DNA of 63,999 nt, counting the filler, from Catajapyx aquilonaris (Eukaryota): NCBI GenBank assembly GCA_000934665.2. It is 3 parts of 3 records of this genome, joined end to end, with 100 filler letters (N's around TTAATTAATTAA, not from the genome) between each part and the next. Parts side by side here need not be neighbours in the genome. Positions count along the whole stretch, not along the records: positions 1 to 21,340 come from KZ539473.1; 2 more parts are not named here. One strand, written 5' to 3'. This document shows, piece after piece, positions 1-12,600 of the stretch. Both the position numbers and the translations under genes were made by a program. Each line of letters opens with the position of its first letter. The stretch's first letter is position 1. Below the pieces are notes generated by a model. It made no database searches. It saw only the letters and a program-made list of their open reading frames with translations, and had not been told where the DNA came from.

Positions 1-318
1 GAAAATGGCACAAAATTTTCAAAAAAGTCCAAATACGAATTTTCAATCCTTAGTGAGATTGGGCTCTCGAATCTCTTCAAAGGGAGCGGTCTACGACTTC
101 TGTAGCTCAATTGGTTCACGAGATATGACCGATTTCTGAAACCCTACCTTCCGAAAATGACGTTTTTTTCGGTGGGCCTATCTCCGGGGAGGGGGGGTAA
201 ATCTCAAAACTGCGCAAATGGTATTTTTGAAAGACGTAATTAAAGCGATTCGCCGATTTTCGGCAAAATCTGACAACCCAAGGGTCAGGGGGCTCGGTGA
301 ATTGACATGGAATGACCC
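1..318. mobile_element. End of a non-autonomous DNA transposon (terminus ...GACATGGAATGACCC), possibly Sola-type
   Basis: TIR-like GRG end on the reverse strand (GGGTCATTCCATGTC); the partner end is not in the window. Confidence 0.35.
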
Positions 319-423
319 ATTAGCACATCCAAATGTTGCTCCCTATTGCCGAAAGAGGACAGGAAAAGTTATGTTCATTATTAATGTAATCATGTTTAAT
401 GTGATTCATGTATTAATTTCCAG

Positions 424-660
424 GCAAAGCGCCAACAGCGTAAGCTGAACTTCTTAATAACCCAGACCGAGCTTTACGCCCATTTCATGTCACGAAAGCT
501 TGGTAATGTGGTGGAACCGCAGCATGACGAAAGGAAGATCTTAGGCCAGTTGGAGGAAGACCCCATCCCGACCAGGCTGGCTTCCATAGATAATTATAAC
601 AGTGAGCTTGCTAAGGACTTGGCTAAGAGGAATGCACAGGAGGCCTTTCTGGCTCATCAG
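424..660 (+). CDS. INO80: INO80 exon (DBINO C-terminus)
   Basis: tttccag|GCAAAG acceptor and CAG|gtatt donor; encodes [22 protein letters not shown]. Confidence 0.92.
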
Positions 661-3600
661 GTATTACCTTACTACCATCTTATATACAGGATGGTCCAAC
701 AAGAATGGAGCACTACTTGCAGAAATGTTTCTTAAAGGGACACTCCACTCAAAATACAAGTTGGCCCCCAAAAATCGGGCATAAAAATACGATTCCAACG
801 ACACCAATAATGAATTTTTCCGATGAACGATGACCCCAGGGGAACCGGCTCATTATGCGTATTTTGGTGATTACGGTTGTAACTATATGCTACTGTTCAC
901 GACACCCTCACCGCCTGGCGGCAGGAATGGGAAATGGAGTATGCTCAGCTCTGCCCGCGAATTCAAACCTGAACTTATTCGAACCGTATGCAGTGGTAAT
1001 TTGAACAGTGAAATCCATCCTGGACTTTAAAATGTTTATTTACCATACAATTGGTCATTTTTCTACCCTTCCTGACAGTCCCATGATAACACTTGCGAAG
1101 CTGGCGCGCTAGTGTTGCCTAGCGTGCCTGGCGCGGCAGTTGTTTCCCTTGAGCACTCTATACTTCTCCGGTTTGCCGCGGGGTGCTGTTGTATCGCCCT
1201 TCTTAGCAGACGACGCGTGTAGATATATGATTTTCCGTGTTACCGTTGGGCGTAGAAAAAAACCGATTGCACATTCGGAATCAGGATTTTTTTCCCCATT
1301 TTTGGGGGCCAACTTGTATTTTGAGTGGAGTGTCCCTTTAATAACCTTTATCTAGTAAGCAGAAAGTGATGAGTTACACAAATGAATTGAAAATAATTGC
1401 TGCACTCCTGCCAACTGCAGTGCTCATCCCTCTTGACCCTCTGATTGGTGGCAAAAGAAAGGCAAGAGGGATGTTCACCATGTACATTTGCACCCTTTTC
1501 TGTACCTGTCAAAATACAGGCATGAGGCACACATTTCTGGGATAAAATTATTTTAGGGTATGACTAGCAGCAGAACCCGTTCTTTGCACAGCCTGGTTCC
1601 ATGGTTATGTAATCGACAACAATCAATAATTGTTTTTTGGTGCCATGGTAAGTTACTATGGCTGGGGCATGGCTGTGGCATGGATATACCATTGTGGTAT
1701 ACCATGGGCTACCATCCCCTCCCACTCTACTTCCGCATCCCTCTCTACCTCTCCTCCCCATCTACTTGGACAAACAAACAAAGTTTGCCTTTTATATACA
1801 TTACATAGAGAAGATGTTTTTGAAATTGCAGTTGACTCGGATATAACAGCTTTGGTTGTAACAGAATCTCATTTATAGCAGTCTCGAAAGGCTGGTCCCT
1901 CCATGGTTCGATAAGGCCCTGTGAATTTTTACTCCGGATGTAGCAGACTCATTTTTCACCTTACCTCGGCTATTGTAGACCATTTCTTCGCCCCTTGGTG
2001 CTTTCAATTTCCTGGTGCATTTCTCACGCATAGGAAGACACTGCATACTGGAGCACCATTTTTGCATCTGTCACTGATCACGGATTCCTACTCGTAAGTT
2101 TTTTATGTCAAGGTTGAGGCATATGTTCTCTGTTCAATGTATCCGGGAGTCTGAATCCTTTGTGAAGGGTCACAGAGCTGACCTTGGCTCCTAGGCTTAG
2201 GCACTACATACCCGAGGCTGTACCTGAGTGAGACAGTGAGATGAAGATGGCCAAGATGTCATACAGCAAGATTAAGAAGTACTCCTTTACACTTTTGGAA
2301 AAGGTCAAAATTATTCTTTTTCTGGTACATTTGGCGACAAGGAGATGGCAGAAGAGAATTCCGGATTTTTTTGTGTAATGTATGAATGGGCTAATTTTGC
2401 TTTTGTCTGGCTAGTTTCATTAATCAGTATGCAGTGGTGTGCGTTATCGGCATATGGCAGGCAGGAAACGGCGTATTTGTTGCAAAAGTGGGGATGTGAC
2501 TGACAGACTGCTGTTATAACAGACTGATTTCTACGGTCTCTTAAAGTCTGTTGTATCCTGAGTCTACTGTATAAACATTCAGTTTGAAACTCAGAGGAAT
2601 GCATGTGCAGGTTTGTTTTCCAATTCCTATAGCCTGATTTTCCAGCCTAGTTTTTAAAGATTGAAAAACTGCCCCAGGCCTCAGCAGGGGCAGTTTTAAA
2701 ATGACTGAAATAGTTCTACTGCAGAAATGTTGTACCCTAAGCCTACTTTTGACAGGTATTGGGTGCAAATATGGAGGCAAGTCATCTGCCATTGCTTTAT
2801 AAGCATTTGCTACATAATCGGACAGGTAAGCATCAATGGTGCAAGGAGTGGAGCAGTTACCTTCAACTAAAATCAACCATGTGGTGGCAAGAAGAAGAGC
2901 AATTTTCAGTTTCCTCCTCCTCCTCCTCCTCCTCCTCCTCCCCCTCCCTCCCCAAATGTATTACTCGTGCACGTGCCCCGGATGTTTCATTATGTCTATA
3001 TTTATGAAAGGTTTTCTCACTAGTCTTTCCTACACAACTGTTCAATAATGACGTGGCTGTGATGCACATACTCGTAAATAATCTTACAATAGATTTTCTG
3101 TAATAAAAGTGTGATGTGTTTTCCAGGCTAAAACTCGTCAGTTTGATTTGTCAGCGCCAGATGTCTCTGAACTAAGCATAACAGAGCCAACAATTGGTAC
3201 CAACATAGAGCATGAGCAACCAGATTTGTTCATGGGCAACTTGAAGCACTACCAGCTGAAAGGGATGAATTGGCTGGCCAACCTATATAACCAGGGTATC
3301 AATGGGATCTTAGCAGATGAGATGGGGCTGGGCAAGACAGTGCAGTCTATTGCATTCTTGGCACATGTAGCTGAAAAGAATGGAATTTGGGGGCCGTTTT
3401 TGGTCATTGCTCCAGCCTCAACCCTGCATAACTGGCAGCAGGAAGTGCGACGGTTTGTTCCTGACTTCAAAGTGATTCCCTACTGGGGCAATCCACAAGA
3501 CAGGAAAGTCCTTAGACAGTTTTGGAACCTGAGGAACATGCATATGAAAGAAGCCAGTTTTCATGTGGTCATCACAAGTTACAACTTGGTTGTTTGTGAT

Positions 3601-6600
3601 TTCAAGTATTTCAACAGGATTAAGTGGCAGTATATGATTTTGGATGAGGCACAGGCTATCAAGAGCACCAGCAGGTGAGGGCTGATTATTAAAATATTAG
3701 AACAAGCTGACCGTTAAAAAAAAAATCCGGGAAAATTGTAGCATGGTTCATTATTAGTTATATCTGGCACAGTTGCAGAATGTGGGTCACACTTACACTG
3801 TCATGGGCAATACCTATATTATTTTTTAAATGGCTTGGAGCTGACAAAATTTGACAAATGTATGGATGTGGAGGACTTGGGACTTTATGATGTGAACAAA
3901 GTATCTCATTCAGGAAAGGAAATTCTGCAGGAGGCTGATAAAAGATGAAAGACTGTGACCTCCCGATTTTGGCAGGGATGTTTTTCCCCCAAACCTCACC
4001 AACCTTTGCCAGACAAAAATTAACTCAACAAGGCTATTATCAGTTTTGAACATAACTGCAGTTAGGGGGTAATGTTGCCCTTATTGGTAGCCACACATGC
4101 GTCTCTGTTGGGGTGGGCCTTGCAGAGACTGCTGCTATGTTGTTTCTTCATCTTTGGTGGGACCCCTGTAGTTTTTAAAGTCAAATAACAGAGGCATTGG
4201 TGTGGGTTCTGTCAACAATTGATCATGTAGGAAAATAGGCAGGGAACAGCTGAAGGTGATGCTACTTCACACACAGGGGGGGGGGGGNNNNNNNNNNNNN
4301 NNNNNNNNNNNNNNNNNNNNNNNNNNNNNNNNNNNNNNNNNNNNNNNNNNNNNNNNNNNNNNNNNCCCCCCCCCCCCCCCCGAAAATATTCCTGGATCCG
4401 CCACTGACTGCAACCCCAACCATGTAGATCAACCAGACACATTTTGGATGTGATTTTGTCCCTTAGACAACAACATGCCAGCAAGTTTTTTTTCTAACCC
4501 TGCCAAAAAATTTCATAATATATGAAATGGCACCTTCCAATTAGTGTTAAAATGTATTTAACACGTCCACAAAGATTTGCATGACAAGCATTCCTGCACG
4601 TACACCAACCCTACAGTGCGTATAGTCCAAACATGTGATGAATTTCTAGGGTCATTGATGATGCAAGTGCAACACATGTAATTGGTGGTGTTTATGTCAT
4701 ACATTTCCACTTTTGATCAATCTGGGTACCAGTGTCACCGATTTCTTTTTATTACCCTTGTCATAATGGCTGTGAAGCCTTTAATCTGTTGCTAACAGGT
4801 AATAATTTCAATAACTGCTAAGAGTAACTGTGTGAAAGTAACTACAGTAAAACTTCTATAAGTCGAATATCCATGGGACCGGGAAAAACTTCGAGTTATA
4901 GAAGATTCAAGTTAGGGAAGTTTGGAATTTTTTAAACACATCGCTCTATAACAGGGGTATTCAACTAGTTTCTGACAAGGTCCAGTATTTACCTTCCCTG
5001 GGCCATTGAAGGTCCGGAACCCCCCCCCCCCCCCNNNNNNNNNNNNNNNNNNNNNNNNNNNNNNNNNNNNNNNNNNNNNNNNNNNNNNNNNNNNNNNNNN
5101 NNNNNNNNNNNNNNNNNNNNNNNNNNNGGGGGGGGGGGGGGGGGGGAGGGCATTTGGTAAGCACAAGGTGAACAAGCCGTAAAGGGCAGGGGTTCAAGGT
5201 CACACGAACTTAGGTGAGATGTGGGAGATTTGAATAGGTGTGTATTTGATGAAATTGGTAGCATTTTTTCCAAAAAAAATCATGAATTAGTAATTTATCA
5301 TGCTATTTCAAACTGTCCTGTATATTGTTGCGGTCCGGATCCGGACCGCGGTCCGCCAGTTGAATATCTCTGCTCTATAAGGAACCCTACCTTTATGTCC
5401 TGAGACGAAAGGTGTTCAAAACTTAAAAATGACTGTCACTATCACATTTACAATGTTCCTCATTGTTTTGGTGTAAAAAAAAGCTCCATTATGGACATTT
5501 GCCTACTCTTAGATTCAAGGATTCCAGTCGAGTCAAACACTTCTTTCAGTACGTCTCGTAGACGGAGATCGGGAAATTGAGCCTAAGTTCCATATATGTG
5601 GCCTACTCTCGACCCTTCGGCTGGGAAATGAGAAAATTTTCCGTACTTGCCAACATGAACTTCGACTTAGGGGAGACTGAAAATGCATTGATAGCCCATC
5701 GTAAGGCCCTGCCTGCACTTCGAGTTATGGAGAACTTCGAGTTATAGAAATTCGAGTTAGGGAAGTTTATTTCCTATTATTATACATTGTGACCAACCAA
5801 TCTCATCATTTTCTTCGACTTATAGAGAACTTCGACTTAGGGAAGTTCGACTTATAGAAGTTTTACTGTACTTGGTGCCAAAAAAAATCACTAACCATTA
5901 CAACATTTCATTTGGAACACGTAGTGTAACAAGAAGTAATCGATGCTTTTAACCTGCAGTGTGAGGTGGAAGATGTTACTTGGATTTAGTTGTCGAAACC
6001 GACTCCTTTTGAGTGGCACCCCAATCCAGAACAGCATGGCGGAACTGTGGGCTCTCTTGCACTTCATCATGCCCACTCTGTTTGACTCCCATGAAGAATT
6101 TAATGAGTGGTTCTCAAAGGACATAGAGAGCCATGCAGAAAATAAAACCAACATTGATGAGAGTAAGTTAAAAAGATTTTATGGTGCACCAATTACAAAT
6201 TGCAATTACTATTTTGGGTTTATTCCCTTTCAGAGCATTTGAGTCGACTGCACATGATTTTGAAGCCATTCATGTTGCGAAGGATAAAGAAGGATGTAGA
6301 GAATGAACTATCAGACAAAATTGAAATCAAGGTGTTCTGTCCACTCACAATCAGGCAGCGGCTGCTCTATTCAGGTTTGATGTCATTCATTATTATGTTA
6401 GTAATCAGATGGGTAATTGAAGTCAAGTACACAGCTTGATCAATTGAAACCATCAAAGTGCCATTTAAATGTTATTTGAGATGCTGTTTGTGAGGCACAG
6501 TTGTAGACATGATGCACATTTACATACAGGGTGTATCAGAGTCACGGGTCAAGCACGCACGCGGGGGGTGGGGAAAAATCGTAGGTGGCGATAACCCCGG

Positions 6601-9600
6601 TAAGTTTTGTAAAACAATTAGAAATAAGGGAGTAATTGATTTTTTATTACGGCGTGATGTCACATCCTTTCCGTTCGAATTAAGAGGCACGGAAAGGCGA
6701 GTACAGTGCGTACAGCTGCTCTCTAGTCATGCCGGTTGCACTGAACATGCACTCATGCTCTCCTGCCTTCCCACGCAAAGCATGGGGCCGTGATTTGGAC
6801 CTCGACAACCCCTCTTCGCGACCTGCCCATGCTACGGTGCCCCGGGAAATGGTGGAGGATGTCGAGCACCTGTGCCTCTGTACAGGCAGGAATGACAGCA
6901 CGCATACCGCATAGACACTATCCTCATTGAAAAATCGCGAAAAATGTTTCTTGCGGTGGACAGAGTGCTGCGTGAGGCCAGTACCGGCCCGTGCATTGCG
7001 AGGCAGGGGAGATACGTCAGGTATGTACAGTAGTTGAGTGTGTTGTACACCTGTGCTGTAGTACAGCACTGTACTGGCTGGATAATGCCTGTGTACAGTA
7101 GTGTATGGTACTGTAACAGTACTGTATCGCACAATGCACCTCGTACCGCACGTACCATGGCAATGCAGGAAGACGTTTTGGACATGGTAGCCATGGACCC
7201 ATCGATCAGCAGCCGTGAAGTCGGTAGTAGAGTACACAGCATTCATTCCAATGTGTGAAGGATCATCCATGACAGCATCCGAGCGAATGGGCGCCATTTC
7301 CAGCATTTGCTGTAGTCACGGTATGCATACTGACAGTACGCATACTGACTTCACGGGTGCTGATCGATGGGTCCATGGCTACTATGTTCAGAACGTCTTC
7401 CTCCATTGCCATGGTACGTGCAGTCCGAGGTGCACCTGTCATGATGTGTGATACAGTACCGTACACTACTGTACACAGCCATGATCCAGCCAGTGCAGTG
7501 CTGTACTACAGTACTGGTGTACAACACACTGTACTATTGTACGTACCTGACGTATCTTGCCTACCTCGCAATGTACTGGCTGGTACCGGCCTCACGTAGC
7601 AGTCTGTCCACCGAAAGAAACATTATTCGCGATTTGTCGATGAGAATGACATCAGTACTCGACATCCTCTGCCATTTCCTGGTGCACCGTTGCATGGGCA
7701 GGTCACGAAGAGGGGTTGCCGAGGTCAAAAGCACGGCCCCATGCTTTGCATGGGAAGGCGGGAGAGCATGAGAGTGCCTTGTTCAGTGCAACAGGCACGG
7801 CTAGAGAGCAGCTGTATGCACTGTACGCATCGTACTCGCCTTTCTGCGCCTCTCAATTCGAACGGAAAGGACGTGACGTCACGCCGTAATAAAAAATCAA
7901 TTACTCCCTTATTTCTAATTGTTTTATAAAACTGACCGGGGTTATCGCCACCTACGAATTTTCCCCACTTCCTCGCATGCGCATGACCCGTGACTCTGAT
8001 ACAACCTGTAGATGTGGATTGAAAAGGTGTAGCATTCATCATAAAATACTTCAGCATGGCAAGAGGGGCAATCAGGACAGCATTCAAACAAGAATGCCTA
8101 GTTTTCATAATTATAATGTTATTCATATAAGTTTTTGTCTGGTCATGAATGTATTGCTTGAAGCATTTCTTCATTATTAATATTCTCCCACACCCCCATT
8201 GCCTCTGGGTTCTCCTTTTATGGATAGGTGGGTCTTAAGCTAGGTTCATTGCTCTCATTGTGCCCACAACATTCAAAGCATCTCGAGTTATTTCAGAATT
8301 AGTAATGCCCCCCAAAAAAGTAGAATAGTAAATTCTAATGGTGTACTCAAGCCACAAGGCCAGTGAGCAGGTAGGAACCAAGCAGGAACTATTGAGCATA
8401 TATTAGTGTTGCCTGGCAAGGGTGGCTGCCTGCATGCTCTTACCAACCAGTTGACACAGCTGCAGTGCAGCTTTTGATTGCCTCCCAAGAGGTGCAGCTA
8501 TCACAGTGAGGCTCGTGTCACATTTTGCCAGGCATATTTGCCACTTCATCAGACTTGGCAAAAAGAGCACCATGCTTGTATTCTTGACCTGACCAGGGTA
8601 GGTCATTTGAAAGTAGTGACCTAATGGCAACACTGAGATTTTATTATTCACGGCCTGGGAATGACCTTTGCAGAGAAACAATGAAAATAGAGTACATATT
8701 GAGTACAGTAAGTACCAATAGATGTCTTGGCAATGTTAAGCTGGATTTATACTTATGCTAATAACAATTTACATGCAAGCTCAAAATCCACGGGTTGAGA
8801 GAAGTGACCAATTAGTGTGGGCTACTACTGTGACATTGTAGTGATCTACTTGTAAAACAAATGCCAAATTGTTAAGAAACAGTCAACTACAGATATACGT
8901 AAGAGCTATAAGCCACTTGAGGTCACAGCCAACTTGAAAAGCTGGTCTTGGCATACTGCCATATATGGCCTTTGTATTTGGATGTAGGAAACTTTGGTTA
9001 TGGGATACTGATTTTTGCAGTCCCTTGAAGTATCTTCTAGCTGGAGTTTGCTGCATTGGGATTAATTTAATTTCGCCACCTAATTGTCAATAGCTGTGTG
9101 ATATGGACCTGAAAATGGCAAGAAAATGTGAAGAACCCAACAAATAAAAATATGTTACCTTAGGCCCTGAAGTCCACCTATGTTCAAAGTACATTATTTC
9201 TGTTTATTCTCACAAAAAATACAGGAATTTCCACAGGCATTACACTGAATAATGCTTACACAATTTTATTGTTTAATTCTCAAGGGCTCAAGCAGAAGAT
9301 CAGAATTGAGGACCTCCTTCACTCGTGCAACAATGCAAGCCAACAGTCCAATCAAAGTGTAACATCAAGCCTGATGAATCTAGTAATGCAATTCCGCAAG
9401 GTGTGTAATCATCCAGAGCTGTTTGAGCGAAGAGAGGCCCGATCTCCATATTTCATGAATACGGCAACTTACCTGTTACCTAAACTTCTCTTTCGGGAAG
9501 GGATGTTGCTATCGAAATCGACAAACCCTGAGATTGCACATCTTATGTATAATCGATTCTCTGTGCACAATCCACTAAATGTGCACAGATCCATATTTGT

Positions 9601-12600
9601 GGAAAATTGCAATGGTGAGTGCCTGCTGCTTTAGTAATGTATGACCATGTTTTTGTACCATCATTTGACTTGAGTTCTTGTTTTCAGAACCATTCATTGT
9701 TGCAAGGAGTGAGTTTTCGTTCACCCGGTTCATAGGGATATCACCATCGGAGTCATATTCCTTAGTCATGTACTTGCTATCTAGGTAAGAGATTTACTAT
9801 TTTACTTTTTATGAGATTGTGAATTTGCAAAGGTACTCTATCACTCAAAGACATAGAGACAATTTTGCATTTGATTCAAGTGCAGGCTGCACTTGAGTCA
9901 AATGCGAAATCGTCTCTTATGTTTTTGAGTGATATAGTACATATAGGGTGTTCCAGATACGTGGGTCACTTTTTGATAACTGATATTACCCAATAGCTGT
10001 TTTTTTGTTTTTTTTTTCTTTGTAGCTGCTTGTCCCCCTAACCATGTGCTCCATTCTATATCGAATATAGCAGTACCGGTAGTTACAGAATGGGGCACAA
10101 CAAGCTACAAAAAAATTACTACTTCGGGCGATGTCAGTAATATAAAAACAGCCCTCGAATGTGGAACACCCTGCATACAGTAGACTCCGGATATAACAGA
10201 CTTCAAGGGACAGCAAAAATCAGTCTGTTACCGAGGTCTGTTATAGCCAGATACACCGGCCATATATGGAAGTATGGGGGGACCAGACTTTCAAGTTTGC
10301 TATAACCAAGAGCTGTTATATCCGGAGTCAACTTAACTATGAAACTTCAGAGTAGGTCATTGTAACACCTAACACTTATGTAGTTTTTATAGTGAAACTT
10401 TTTATGAAAGAAAATTGATGCTGGGTCTATGCTTGTGTGAAGTAATATTTTTTCTGAGCTTGTGATAGGCATGTAGAACAACCAGTTTTTGTTGTTTTTT
10501 TGTTGTTGTTTTTTGCATTACCCCATTGGGAGTTACATCTCCTTTAGGGGGGGTGGAATACCACCATCTGGGTGGAACCGGTATACTAAGATAGTATTTA
10601 GTTTGTTCCAAGGGTACGTAGGAGGGGATGTGCAAAGTGCATGTGCAATGTCTCTAACTGCCATTTTGTGAACTCCCCCGGGTGGCTTAGTCTATCGGAA
10701 ATTGCCACCCGAGATGAAGCCAGAGATGGCCCAACTCTGCACGGATAAAGGTGGGAACCCCGGGTGGGGATTGAACCTGGGACCTTAATATCCGTGGGCC
10801 TTACCGCGGCGCCTCTTCATCTCCCCTGAACAACCAGACTTCTGCAGAGAACACAAAATTGTATTTTCCAATTGATGCCAAATAATGGCAACCGAAAAGA
10901 TGGCGAAGATGGATGTTGTGTTTTTCTTCTGGTCCTCTAATTACAGTGTCATAATTCGAGGACTATAGGAGAAAATTCAGTAGCATAATCATTGTGGGAA
11001 ATGTGCACATACAGAGTGAAAGGGAAACTTGCAGACAATCGCCAGGTAAACTTATAGTACTCGCAAAACTAATACAGGGATGTGCAATTAGTTTTTGGCT
11101 CTGTTGTGTAGTTAATGTGTATGGCGCCTTTAAAGTGTAGAGGGCCTGATTGTAAAATACGAGGTAAAAATGACAAGTGCACGAGTGTCGTACCCGGATT
11201 CTTACTCTGATGGGATTTTATCGCCTTGTGCACATGGATGACGTGTTAGGGGACCAAGGCAAGGGATCGGAGACCCTGGAACTGACTTTTACTTCTTTGA
11301 AGCTGGCGGAACGGATGTGACGTCACGAAACTTTGACTGCTCCGTACACATTAACTATGCAACAGAGCCCAAACGTAATTGCACATCCCTATATTAGTTT
11401 TACGAGTACTATCAGTCTACCTGGCGCGAGTTTCCCTTCACCCTGCATTACTGTTTGTAAACCAAGTAGCTAGCATGTTCATTGTAATCTATTTTCATTC
11501 CTGTTCATTTTTTCAGTTGTAGAGTATATTCTTTAAAATAAACTTCTCCAGACAGTTTTCTCTCTCTAAATCATGATATATTATTCCATGATATTCCTCT
11601 GTATAATTTTAATCATTATTTTTCTTGGACAGGTGGCTGCACATCATTATGACCCAGCGCATAGAATTTATACGACACCATTGGTTTCGGTGGCGTGATC
11701 ATTATTGCGATGAGAATTCTCGTCCTTACCTGGGTTCACACTCCCTATTTCTTGAACAACCTCTCCACCCCCACCATGTTATTTCCAGCCCAGTCCTATC
11801 ATCCCTTGTATTTTCTTCCCAAGTTTCCAACCATTTTTATTCTCACACCACAGTCTTCCTGCACCCAACCCCAGAGACCATCGAGCATAGGCGGATGCGC
11901 ACCAGGAAAGAGCGAGAGAGGGATGAAGTCTGTGGGGATATAAATGCAATTTGCAATCCTGGGGAGATGTTGGATATCAAGGAGAGTGAGAGAGTGGCTG
12001 TTCCAAAGACAGGCTGCATAGAGGCAGATGGGGAGGTATGGGAAGACCTACTCCCCGAATTTCAGCATGTGAGGAGGGAATCAATGGTGTTTGAGTGTGA
12101 ACCAGTTGACATGCCTGATATACTCCTGTGCCTCCTGCCCAAGGTGAGTTGCAGTGGAGTAGAATATTTCATGCGTGGAATTTGACAATGTTATTATTTA
12201 ACCCTTTGTTTCCCGTGCCATTTTGGTTGCATTACGGCCCATTCACACAGGCCGTCGACGGTTTTGGTCTTTGGTCGCGTTGACGCCGCGGACCAATCAT
12301 GACTTTTGTGTTGCGCTTGTTTACGTGAGTCGTGATTGGTCCGCGGTATCAACGCGACCAAAGACCAAAACCATCGACAACCTGTGTGAATGGGCCTTTA
12401 TAATGCAACCAAACAAAATAATTTTTAAAAATTCACTGACCGTAGAACCCAGACGGAAATTTCTTTCACCATAGAAACTAGAAGAGTTACTTTAGGCTAT
12501 GTTAATGAGTATTTACGCCACTTGCATTAGATTTTTAATGGCACGACGTCATAGGCGAAAGGTCTCTATATATAATAATAATGATGATGGTGGTGATGAT

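Noticed and set aside
2759..3069. Poly-Ser/Leu/Glu ORFs
   Set aside because: They are translations of an intronic (TCC)n microsatellite.
5690..5868. CRISPR-like short repeat array
   Set aside because: These are irregular subterminal repeats of a pogo-type element in eukaryotic DNA, with no unique spacers or cas genes.
6680..7929. Long ORFs (up to 208 aa) on both strands
   Set aside because: They come from the palindromic transposon remnant and its TACAGTA-rich subrepeats; only the HTH-like peptide looks meaningful.
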